Positions 27,801-41,915 of a stretch of DNA of 64,000 bases are shown here, piece by piece. The notes under the pieces are model-generated. The model was not told the origin of the DNA, did not search any database, and saw only the letters and a list, made by a program, of their open reading frames with translations. The stretch is from Eledone cirrhosa. Taxonomy: Eukaryota. The translations under genes and the position numbers were made by a program. Each line of letters opens with the position of its first letter. Within the stretch, counting starts at the first letter, position 1. Location of the stretch: assembly GCA_964016885.1 (NCBI GenBank), contig OZ024743.1, positions 34,968,001 to 35,032,000 on the forward strand, written 5' to 3'.

Positions 27801-30560
27801 ACGACACCAGCAATGTCACTTTACATAGTATACTGGACGATACCAGCAATGTCACTTTACATAGTATACTGGACGACACGAGCAATGTCACTTTACATAG
27901 TATACTGGACGACACCAGCAATGTCACTTTACATAGTATACTGGACGATACCAGCAATGTCACTTTACATAGTATACTGGACGACACCAGCAATGTCACT
28001 TTACATAGTATACTGGACAACACCAGCAATGTCACTTTACATAGTATACTGGATGACACCAGCAATGTCACTTTACATAGTATACTGGACGACACCAGCA
28101 ATGTCGCTTTACATAGTATACTGGACGACACCAGCAATGTCACTTTACATAGTATACTGGATGACACTAGCAATGTCACTTTACATAGTATACTGGACGA
28201 CACCAGCAATGTCACTTTACATCATATACTGGACGACACCAGCAATGTCACTTTACATAGTATACTGGACGACACCAGCAATGTGACTTTACATCGTATA
28301 CTGGACAACACCAGCAATGTCACTTTACATAGTATACTGTATGACACCAGCAATATCACTTTACATAGTATACTGGATGACACCAGCAATATCACTTTAC
28401 ATAGTATACTGGATGACACTAGCAATGTCACTTTACATAGTATACTGGACGACACCAGCAATGTCACTTTACATAGTATACTGGACGACACCAACAATAT
28501 CACTTTACATAGTATACTGGACAACACCAGCAATGTCACTTTACATAGTATACTGGACGACACCAGCACTGTCGCTTACATAGTATACTGGACGGTACCA
28601 GCAATGTCACTTTACATAGTATACTGGATGACACTAGCAATATCACTTTACATAGTATACTGGACGACACCAGCAATGTCACTTTACATCATATACTGGA
28701 CGACACCAGCACTGTCGCTTACATAGTATACTGGACGGTACCAGCAATGTCACTTTACATAGTATACTGGACGACACCAACAATGTCACTTTACATAGTA
28801 TACTGGACGACACCAGCAATGTCACTTTACATAGTATACTGGACGACACCAGCAATGTCACTTTACATAGTATACTGGACGACACCAGCAATGTCACTTT
28901 ACATAGTATACTGGACGACACCAGCAATGTCACTTTACATAGTATACTGGACGACACCAGCAATGTCACTTTACATAGTATACTGGACGACACCAGCAAT
29001 GTCACTTTACATAGTATACTGGACGACACCAGCAATGTCACTTTACATAGTATACTGGACAACACCAGCAATGTCACTTTACATAGTATACTGGACGACA
29101 CCAGCAATGTCACTTTACATCATATACTGGACGACACCAGCAATGTCACTCTACATAGTATACTGGACGACACCAGCAATATCACTTTACATAGTATACT
29201 GGACGACACCAGCACTGTCGCTTACATAGTATACTGGACGGCACCAGCAATGTCACTTTACATAGTATACTGGACGACACTAGCAATATCACTTTACATA
29301 GTATACTGGACGACACCAGCAATGTCACTTTACATAGTATACTGTATGACACCAGCAATGTCACTTTACATAGTATACTGGACGACACTAGCAATATCAC
29401 TTTACATAGTATACTGGACGACACCAGCAATGTCACTTTACATAGTATACTGGACGACACCAGCAATGTCACTTTACATAGTATACTGGACGACACCAGC
29501 AATGTCACTTTACATAGTATACTGGACGACACCAGCAATATCACTTTACATAGTATACTGGACGGCACCAGCAATGTCACTTTACATAGTATACTGGACG
29601 ACACCAGCAATATCACTTTACATAGTATACTGGACGGCACCAGCAATGTCACTTTACATAGTATACTGGACGACACCAGCAATGTCACTTTACATAGTAT
29701 ACTGGACGACACCAGCAATGTCACTTTACATAGTATACTGGACGACACCAGCAATATCACTTTACATAGTATACTGGACGGCACCAGCAATGTCACTTTA
29801 CATAGTATACTGGACGACACCAGCAATATCACTTTACATAGTATACTGGACGGCACCAGCAATGTCACTTTACATAGTATACTGGACGACACCAGCAATG
29901 TCACTTTACATAGTATACTGGACAACACCAGCAATGTCACTTTACATAGTATACTGGACAACACCAGCAATATCACTTTACATAGTATACTGGACGACAC
30001 CAGCAATGTCACTTTACATAGTATACTGGACAACACCAGCAATATCACTTTACATAGTATACTGGACGACACCAGCAATGTCACTTTACATAGTATACAG
30101 GACGACACCAGCAATGTCACTTTACATAGTATACTGGACGACACCAGCAATGTCACTTTACATAGTATACTGGACAACACCAGCAATATCACTTTACATA
30201 GTATACTGAATGGCACCAGCAATGTCACTATACATAGTATACTGGACGACACCAGCAATGTCACTTTACATAGTATACTGGACGACACCAGCAATGTCAC
30301 TTTAAATAGTATACTGGATGGCACCAGCAATGTCACTTTACATAGTATACTGGACGACACCAGCAATGTCACTTTACATAGTATACTGGACGACATCAGC
30401 AATGTCACCTTACATAGTATACTGGACGACACCAGCAATATTACTTTACATAGTATACTGGATGACACCAGCAATATCACTTTACATAGTATACTGGATG
30501 ACACCAGCAATGTCACTTTACATAGTATACTGGACGACACCAGCAATATCACTTTACATA

Positions 30561-31136
30561 CCTCTCCAAGACAATGTCACTGGACCGAGAGCTTTGGCGG
30601 TACTCAGTAATAGAGAAGACCCGCGTTACCTAAATACAAAGTAAAACCTACTACAGTCACTAGGCATCTCTAACAAAATACACCCCCGTCCCACCACCCC
30701 CACCCATTCACACCTCCCCTTTCAATGTAAAGTTATGTTGGTGCCACAAAATCCAGGCCGAAACAAATGAGATCGTGTAGGTGTCACAACAAAAAAACAC
30801 ACAGTCCACGCTGTTATGTGACCGTGTAGGCAACACGGTAAAAACGTCCCAGTCCCACACTGTAAATGTGGTTGGTGTTAGGAAGGGCATCCAGCTGTAG
30901 AAAACCTGCCAGAAAGTCCACGCTGTAATGTGGCCGTGTGGGCAACACAGTAAAAATCTGCCAGCTCCACACTGTAAATGTGGTTAGTATTAGGAAGGGC
31001 ATCCAACTGTAGAAAACCCGCCAGACAGTCCTATGCGAGCAAGACAACCACTCTTGCCTCAAGTGGGAAAACTCCCGTCCAAACCCATGCAAGCGTGGAA
31101 CACGGACGTTAAACGATGATGATGATGATGATGATG
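30561..31136 (+). mobile_element. 5'-truncated RTE LINE, copy 2
   Basis: Same junctions as copy 1, with an extra 111-bp internal repeat; 576 bp. Confidence 0.88.
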
Positions 31137-34100
31137 ACTGGACGACACCAGCAATATCACTTTACATAGTATACTGGACGACACCAGCAATATCACTTTA
31201 CATAGTATACTGGACGACACCAGCAATATCGCTTTACATAGTATACTGGACGACACCAGCAATGTCACTTTACATAGTATACTGGACGATACCAGCAATG
31301 TCACTTTACATAGTATACTGGACGACACCAGCAATATCACTTTACATAGTATACTGGACGACACGAGCAATGTCACTTTACATAGTATACTGGACGACAC
31401 CAGCAATGTCACTTTACATAGTATACTGGACGACACCAGCAATGTCACTTTACATAGTATACTGGACGACACCAGCAATGTCACTTTACATAGTATACTG
31501 GACGACACCAGCAATGTCACTTTACATAGTATACTGGACGATACCAGCAATGTCACTTTACATAGTATACTGGACGACACCAGCAATATCACTTTACATA
31601 GTATACTGGACGACACGAGCAATGTCACTTTACATAGTATACTGGACGACACCAGCAATGTCACTTTACATAGTATACTGGACGACACCAGCAATGTCAC
31701 TTTACATAGTATACTGGACGACACCAGCAATGTCACTTTACATAGTATACTGGACGACACGAGCAATGTCACTTTACATAGTATACTGGACGACACCAGC
31801 AATGTCACTTTACATAGTATACTGGACGACACCAGCAATGTCACTTTACATAGTATACTGGACGACACCAGCAATGTCGCTTTACATAGTATACTGGACG
31901 ACACCAGCAATGTCACTTTACATAGTATACTGAATGGCACCAGCAATGTCACTTTACATAGTATACTGGACGACACCAGCAATGTCACTTTACATAGTAT
32001 ACTGGACGACACCAGCAATATCGCTTTACATAGTATACTGGACGACACTAGCAATGTCACTTTACATAGTATACTGAATGACACCAGCAATGTCACTTTA
32101 CATAGTATACTGGACGACACCAGCAATGTCACTTTACATAGTATACTGGACGACACCAGCAATGTCACTTTACATAGTATACTGGACGGTACCAGCAATG
32201 TCACTTTACATAGTATACTGGACGATACCAGCAATGTCACTTTACATAGTATACTGGACGACACCAGCAATGTCACTTTACATAGTATACTGGACAACAC
32301 CAGCAATGTCACTTTACATAGTATACTGGATGACACCAGCAATATCACTTTACATAGTATACTGGATGACACCAGCAATGTCACTTTACATAGTATACTG
32401 GACGACACCAGCAATGTCACTTTACATAGTATACTGGACGATACCAGCAATGTCGCTTTACATAGTATACTGGATGACACCAGCAATGTCACTTTACATA
32501 GTATACTGGATGACACTAGCAATGTCACTTTACATAGTATACTGGACGACACCAGCAATGTCACTTTACATAGTATACTGGACGACACCAGCAATGTCAC
32601 TTTACATAGTATACTGGACGACACCAGCAATGTCACTTTACATAGTATACTGGACGGTACCAGCAATGTCACTTTACATAGTATACTGGACGGTACCAGC
32701 AATGTCACTTTACATAGTATACTGGACGATACCAGCAATGTCACTTTACATAGTATACTGGACGACACCAGCAATGTCACTTTACATAGTATACTGGACA
32801 ACACCAGCAATGTCACTTTACATAGTATACTGGATGACACCAGCAATGTCACTTTACATAGTATACTGGACGACACCAGCAATGTCACTTTACATAGTAT
32901 ACTGGACGATACCAGCAATGTCACTTTACATAGTATACTGGACGACACGAGCAATGTCACTTTACATAGTATACTGGACGACACCAGCAATGTCACTTTA
33001 CATAGTATACTGGACGATACCAGCAATGTCACTTTACATAGTATACTGGACGACACCAGCAATGTCACTTTACATAGTATACTGGACAACACCAGCAATG
33101 TCACTTTACATAGTATACTGGATGACACCAGCAATGTCACTTTACATAGTATACTGGACGACACCAGCAATGTCGCTTTACATAGTATACTGGACGACAC
33201 CAGCAATGTCACTTTACATAGTATACTGGATGACACTAGCAATGTCACTTTACATAGTATACTGGACGACACCAGCAATGTCACTTTACATCATATACTG
33301 GACGACACCAGCAATGTCACTTTACATAGTATACTGGACGACACCAGCAATGTGACTTTACATCGTATACTGGACAACACCAGCAATGTCACTTTACATA
33401 GTATACTGTATGACACCAGCAATATCACTTTACATAGTATACTGGATGACACCAGCAATATCACTTTACATAGTATACTGGATGACACTAGCAATGTCAC
33501 TTTACATAGTATACTGGACGACACCAGCAATGTCACTTTACATAGTATACTGGACGACACCAACAATATCACTTTACATAGTATACTGGACAACACCAGC
33601 AATGTCACTTTACATAGTATACTGGACGACACCAGCACTGTCGCTTACATAGTATACTGGACGGTACCAGCAATGTCACTTTACATAGTATACTGGATGA
33701 CACTAGCAATATCACTTTACATAGTATACTGGACGACACCAGCAATGTCACTTTACATCATATACTGGACGACACCAGCACTGTCGCTTACATAGTATAC
33801 TGGACGGTACCAGCAATGTCACTTTACATAGTATACTGGACGACACCAACAATGTCACTTTACATAGTATACTGGACGACACCAGCAATGTCACTTTACA
33901 TAGTATACTGGACGACACCAGCAATGTCACTTTACATAGTATACTGGACGACACCAGCAATGTCACTTTACATAGTATACTGGACGACACCAGCAATGTC
34001 ACTTTACATAGTATACTGGACGACACCAGCAATGTCACTTTACATAGTATACTGGACGACACCAGCAATGTCACTTTACATAGTATACTGGACGACACCA

Positions 34101-35522
34101 GCAATGTCACTTTACATAGTATACTGGACAACACCAGCAATGTCACTTTACATAGTATACTGGACGACACCAGCAATGTCACTTTACATCATATACTGGA
34201 CGACACCAGCAATGTCACTCTACATAGTATACTGGACGACACTAGCAATATCACTTTACATAGTATACTGGACGACACCAGCAATGTCACTTTACATAGT
34301 ATACTGTATGACACCAGCAATGTCACTTTACATAGTATACTGGACGACACTAGCAATATCACTTTACATAGTATACTGGACGACACCAGCAATGTCACTT
34401 TACATAGTATACTGGACGACACCAGCAATGTCACTTTACATAGTATACTGGACGACACCAGCAATGTCACTTTACATAGTATACTGGACGACACCAGCAA
34501 TATCACTTTACATAGTATACTGGACGGCACCAGCAATGTCACTTTACATAGTATACTGGACGACACCAGCAATATCACTTTACATAGTATACTGGACGGC
34601 ACCAGCAATGTCACTTTACATAGTATACTGGACGACACCAGCAATGTCACTTTACATAGTATACTGGACGACACCAGCAATGTCACTTTACATAGTATAC
34701 TGGACGACACCAGCAATATCACTTTACATAGTATACTGGACGGCACCAGCAATGTCACTTTACATAGTATACTGGACGACACCAGCAATATCACTTTACA
34801 TAGTATACTGGACGGCACCAGCAATGTCACTTTACATAGTATACTGGACGACACCAGCAATGTCACTTTACATAGTATACTGGACAACACCAGCAATGTC
34901 ACTTTACATAGTATACTGGACAACACCAGCAATATCACTTTACATAGTATACTGGACGACACCAGCAATGTCACTTTACATAGTATACTGGACAACACCA
35001 GCAATATCACTTTACATAGTATACTGGACGACACCAGCAATGTCACTTTACATAGTATACTGGACGACACCAGCAATGTCACTTTACATAGTATACTGGA
35101 CGACACCAGCAATGTCACTTTACATAGTATACTGGACAACACCAGCAATATCACTTTACATAGTATACTGAATGGCACCAGCAATGTCACTATACATAGT
35201 ATACTGGACGACACCAGCAATGTCACTTTACATAGTATACTGGACGACACCAGCAATGTCACTTTAAATAGTATACTGGATGGCACCAGCAATGTCACTT
35301 TACATAGTATACTGGACGACACCAGCAATGTCACTTTACATAGTATACTGGACGACATCAGCAATGTCACCTTACATAGTATACTGGACGACACCAGCAA
35401 TATTACTTTACATAGTATACTGGATGACACCAGCAATATCACTTTACATAGTATACTGGATGACACCAGCAATGTCACTTTACATAGTATACTGGACGAC
35501 ACCAGCAATATCACTTTACATA

Positions 35523-36098
35523 CCTCTCCAAGACAATGTCACTGGACCGAGAGCTTTGGCGGTACTCAGTAATAGAGAAGACCCGCGTTACCTAAATACA
35601 AAGTAAAACCTACTACAGTCACTAGGCATCTCTAACAAAATACACCCCCGTCCCACCACCCCCACCCATTCACACCTCCCCTTTCAATGTAAAGTTATGT
35701 TGGTGCCACAAAATCCAGGCCGAAACAAATGAGATCGTGTAGGTGTCACAACAAAAAAACACACAGTCCACGCTGTTATGTGACCGTGTAGGCAACACGG
35801 TAAAAACGTCCCAGTCCCACACTGTAAATGTGGTTGGTGTTAGGAAGGGCATCCAGCTGTAGAAAACCTGCCAGAAAGTCCACGCTGTAATGTGGCCGTG
35901 TGGGCAACACAGTAAAAATCTGCCAGCTCCACACTGTAAATGTGGTTAGTATTAGGAAGGGCATCCAACTGTAGAAAACCCGCCAGACAGTCCTATGCGA
36001 GCAAGACAACCACTCTTGCCTCAAGTGGGAAAACTCCCGTCCAAACCCATGCAAGCGTGGAACACGGACGTTAAACGATGATGATGATGATGATGATG
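35523..36098 (+). mobile_element. 5'-truncated RTE LINE, copy 3
   Basis: Identical to copy 2 by eye, offset 4962 bp. Confidence 0.88.
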
Positions 36099-39000
36099 AC
36101 TGGACGACACCAGCAATATCACTTTACATAGTATACTGGACGACACCAGCAATATCACTTTACATAGTATACTGGACGACACCAGCAATATCGCTTTACA
36201 TAGTATACTGGACGACACCAGCAATGTCACTTTACATAGTATACTGGATGGCACCAGCAATGTCACTTTACATAGTATACTGGTCGACACCAGCAATGTC
36301 ACTTTACATAGTATACTGGACGACTCCAGCAATGTCACTTTACATAGTATACTGGACGACACCAGCAATGTCACTTTACATAGTATACTGGACGACACCA
36401 GCAATGTCACTTTACATAGTATACTGGACGGCACCAGCAATGCCACTTTACATAGTATACTGAATGGCACCAGCAATGTCACTTTACATAGTATACTGGA
36501 CGACACCAGCAATGTCACTTTACATAGTATACTGGTCGACACCAGCAATGTCACTTTACATAGTATACTGGACGACACCAGCAATGTCACTTTACATAGT
36601 ATACTGGACGACACCAGCAATGTCACTTTACATAGTATACTGGACGACACCAGCAATGTCACTTTACATAGTATACTGGACGGCACCAGCAATGTCACTT
36701 TACATAGTATACTGGACGACACCAGCAATGTCACTTTACATAGTATACTGGACGACACCAGCAATGTCACTTTACATAGTATACTGGACGGCACCAGCAA
36801 TGCCACTTTACATAGTATACTGAATGGCACCAGCAATGTCGCTTTACATAGTATACTGTATGACACCAGCAATGTCACTTTACATAGTATACTGGACGAC
36901 ACCAGCAATGTCACTTTACATAGTATACTGGACGACACCAGCAATATCACTTTACATAGTATACTGGATGACACCAGCAATGTCACTTTACATAGTATAC
37001 TGGACGACACCAGCAATGTCACTTTACATAGTATACTGGACGACACCAGCAATGTCACTTTACATAGTATACTGGACGACACCAGCAATGTCACTTTACA
37101 TAGTATACTGGACGACACCAGCAATGTCACTTTACATAGTATACTGGACGACACCAGCAATGTCACTTTACATAGTATACTGGACGGCACCAGCAATGCC
37201 ACTTTACATAGTATACTGAATGGCACCAGCAATGTCACTTTACATAGTATACTGGACGACACCAGCAATGTCACTTTACATAGTATACTGGTCGACACCA
37301 GCAATGTCACTTTACATAGTATACTGGACGACACCAGCAATGTCACTTTACATAGTATACTGGACGACACCAGCAATGTCACTTTACATAGTATACTGGA
37401 CGACACCAGCAATGTCACTTTACATAGTATACTGGACGGCACCAGCAATGTCACTTTACATAGTATACTGGACGACACCAGCAATGTCACTTTACATAGT
37501 ATACTGTATGACACCAGCAATGTCACTTTACATAGTATACTGGACGACACCAGCAATGTCACTTTACATAGTATACTGTATGACACCAGCAATGTCACTT
37601 TACATAGTATACTGGACGACACCAGCAATGTCACTTTACATAGTATACTGGACGACACCAGCAATGTCACTTTACATAGTATACTGGACGACACCAGCAA
37701 TGTCACTTTACATAGTATACTGGACGACACCAGCAATGTCACTTTACATAGTATACTGGACGGCACCAGCAATGCCACTTTACATAGTATACTGAATGGC
37801 ACCAGCAATGTCGCTTTACATAGTATACTGTATGACACCAGCAATGTCACTTTACATAGTATACTGGACGACACCAGCAATATCACTTTACATAGTATAC
37901 TGGATGACACCAGCAATGTCACTTTACATAGTATACTGGACGACACCAGCAATGTCACTTTACATAGTATACTGGACGACACCAGCAATGTCACTTTACA
38001 TAGTATACTGGACGACACCAGCAATGTCACTTTACATAGTATACTGGACGACACCAGCAATATCACTTTACATAGTATACTGGACGATACCAGCAATGTC
38101 GCTTTACATAGTATACTGGACGACACCAGCAATGTCACTTTACATAGTATACTGGACGGCACCAGCAATGTCACTTTACATAGTATACTGGACGACACCA
38201 GCAATGTCGCTTTACATAGTATACTGGACGACACCAGCAATGTCGCTTTACATAGTATACTGGATGACACCAGCAATATCACTTTACATAGTATACTGGA
38301 TGACACCAGCAATGTCACTTTACATAGTATACTGGACGACACCAGCAATATCGCTTTACATAGTATACTGGACGACACCAGCAATGTCACTTTACATAGT
38401 ATACTGGACGACACCAGCAATGTCACTTTACATAGTATACTGGACGACACCAGCAATGTCACTTTACATAGTATACTGGACGACACCAGCAATGTCACTT
38501 TACATAGTATACTGGACGACACCAGCAATGTCACTTTACATAGTATACTGGACGACACCAGCAATGTCACTTTACATAGTATACTGGACGACACCAGCAA
38601 TGTCACTTTACATAGTATACTGGACGACACCAGCAATATCACTTTACATAGTATACTGAATGGCACCAGCAATGTCGCTTTACATAGTATACTGGATGAC
38701 ACCAGCAATATCACTTTACATAGTATACTGGACGACACCAGCAATGTCGCTTTACATAGTATACTGGACGACACCAGCAATGTCACTTTACATAGTATAC
38801 TGGACGACACCAGCAATATCGCTTTACATAGTATACTGGACGACACCAGCAATGTCACTTTACATAGTATACTGGACGACACCAGCAATGTCACTTTACA
38901 TAGTATACTGGACGACACCAGCAATGTCACTTTACATAGTATACTGGACGACACCAGCAATGTCACTTTACATAGTATACTGGACGACACCAGCAATATC

Positions 39001-41313
39001 GCTTTACATCGTATACTGGACGACACCAGCAATGTCACTTTACATAGTATACTGGACGACACCAGCAATGTCGCTTTACATAGTATACTGGACGGCACCA
39101 GCAATGTCACTTTACATAGTATACTGGACGACACCAGCAATGTCACTTTACATAGTATACTGGACGACACCAGCAATGTCGCTTTACATAGTATACTGGA
39201 CGGCACCAGCAATGTCACTTTACATAGTATACTGGACGACACCAGCAATGTCACTTTACATAGTATACTGGACGACACCAGCAATGTCACTTTACATAGT
39301 ATACTGGACGACACCAGCAATGTCACTTTACATAGTATACTGGACGACACCAGCAATGTCACTTTACATAGTATATTGGACGACACCAGCAATGTCACTT
39401 TACATAGTATACTGGACGATACCAGCAATGTCACTTTACATAGTATACTGGACGACACCAGCAATGTCACTTTACATAGTATACTGGACGATACCAGCAA
39501 TGTCACTTTACATAGTATACTGGACGATACCAGCAATGTCACTTTACATAGTATACTGGACGACACCAGCAATGTCACTTTACATAGTATACTGGACGAC
39601 ACCAGCAATGTCGCTTTACATAGTATACTGGACGGCACCAGCAATGTCACTTTACATAGTATACTGGACGACACCAGCAATGTCACTTTACATAGTATAC
39701 TGGACGACACCAGCAATGTCACTTTACATAGTATACTGGACGACACCAGCAATGTCACTTTACATAGTATACTGGACGACACCAGCAATGTCACTTTACA
39801 TAGTATACTGGACGACACCAGCAATGTCACTTTACATAGTATATTGGACGACACCAGCAATGTCACTTTACATAGTATACTGGACGATACCAGCAATGTC
39901 ACTTTACATAGTATACTGGACGATACCAGCAATGTCACTTTACATAGTATACTGGATGACACCAGCAATATCACTTTACATAGTATACTGGACGATACCA
40001 GCAATGTCACTTTACATAGTATACTGGACGACACCAGCAATGTCACTTTACATAGTATACTGGACGATACCAGCAATGTCACTTTACATAGTATACTGGA
40101 CGATACCAGCAATGTCACTTTACATAGTATACTGGACGACACCAGCAATGTCACTTTACATAGTATACTGGACGACACCAGCAATGTCGCTTTACATAGT
40201 ATACTGGACGGCACCAGCAATGTCACTTTACATAGTATACTGGACGACACCAGCAATGTCACTTTACATAGTATACTGGACGACACCAGCAATGTCACTT
40301 TACATAGTATACTGGACGACACCAGCAATGTCACTTTACATAGTATACTGGACGACACCAGCAATGTCACTTTACATAGTATACTGGACGACACCAGCAA
40401 TGTCACTTTACATAGTATATTGGACGACACCAGCAATGTCACTTTACATAGTATACTGGACGATACCAGCAATGTCACTTTACATAGTATACTGGACGAC
40501 ACCAGCAATGTCACTTTACATAGTATACTGGATGACACCAGCAATATCACTTTACATAGTATACTGGATAGCACCAGCAATATCACTTTACATAGTATAC
40601 TGGACGACACCAGCAATATCACTTTACATAGTATACTGGACGACACCAGCAATATCACTTTACATAGTATACTGGACGACACCAGCAATGTCACTTTACA
40701 TAGTATACTGGACGACACCAGCAATGTCACTTTACATAGTATACTGGACGATACCAGCAATGTCACTTTACATAGTATACTGGACGACACCAGCAATGTC
40801 ACTTTACATAGTATACTGGATGACACCAGCAATATCACTTTACATAGTATACTGGATAGCACCAGCAATATCACTTTACATAGTATACTGGACGACACCA
40901 GCAATATCACTTTACATAGTATACTGGACGACACCAGCAATATCACTTTACATAGTATACTGGACGACACCAGCAATATCACTTTACATAGTATACTGGA
41001 CGACACCAGCAATGTCACTTTACATAGTATACTGGACGACACCAGCAATATCACTTTACATAGTATACTGGATAGCACCAGCAATATCACTTTACATAGT
41101 ATACTGGATGACACCAGCAATGTCACTTTACATAGTATATTGGACGACACCAGCAATGTCACTTTACATAGTATACTGGATAGCACCAGCAATATCACTT
41201 TACATAGTATACTGGATAGCACCAGCAATGTCACTTTACATAGTATACTGGATTCTTTGTGGCACTAGAAGCACCACTTTACTTTAAGGTTTGCAAAATT
41301 AAATAAAAATTAC

Positions 41314-41443
41314 CTTTGCTGGAGCTTAACATCACCATCATCAACAAGTCTTCTACTGCCAAATAGTTGGTTTTCTGGTGACAATGTATCATCTATTGAA
41401 GCATTATTGTTGCAATTGCTATTTTTGGTTTGTCCATAGGGAC
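41314..41443 (-). CDS. Exon (G)PYGQTKNSNCNNNASIDDTLSPENQLFGSRRLVDDGDVKLQQ
   Basis: atattag acceptor, AG|gtaat donor, 130 nt, phase 1-2. Confidence 0.8.
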
Positions 41444-41915
41444 CTAATATTAAAATCAAAGAAACTTGTGTGAGAGAAATAGAAATACAATTTTTTTCAA
41501 CAAGGATGAGAAGGGTTTGTAAATATTCACTGAAAGTCAGTAATTGAATCAGATAGTTGTTATTTAGCCCTAGGTCAACCTTGACATCATTATTTATGAT
41601 GTCCTTTAACACCTAAGTAAGCCCATCTGGATTTAAGGCTACATAAATTCTTATTTTGAAATGTTCTTATTTAAATTAAAGCATTAAAAAAAGACACATA
41701 GGCCGTGTATTTCATTAGAAATAAAGCCACAAAAGGGTTAATATGGGAGGGTAATTTGAGGTAGATTAGATTGCTGTTAATCACTAAATCATATTTTACT
41801 TTTTTATTGGTTTAATAGAGAGAATGAAATCTGGGAGAAACATGATATACAGAGGGAAAGAAATACAATGGAGGAGGGGGGGCGGGAGAAAATGATAAAA
41901 GAAATAGTTGCTTAC

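Larger units (their letters stand above)
19239..41253. repeat. 36-bp satellite array, consensus GACGACACCAGCAATGTCACTTTACATAGTATACTG, roughly 565-570 units
   Basis: Directly visible head-to-tail repeats with point variants and three interruptions. Unit count estimated as (22015-1617)/36. Confidence 0.99.

Noticed and set aside
19239-41253. CRISPR array (36-bp repeats with a short palindrome)
   Set aside because: Units are head-to-tail with no unique spacers, there are no cas genes, and the context is a eukaryotic intron.
19235-41287. Giant repetitive proteins (MSLYIVYWTTPA)n, (DDTSNVTLHSIL)n and (CKVTLLVSSSIL)n, up to 1737 aa
   Set aside because: A 36-bp unit keeps any stop-free frame open. 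Three frames on both strands are open at once, 34- and 35-bp units shift the frame, and there are no flanking splice signals or sign of codon-position bias.
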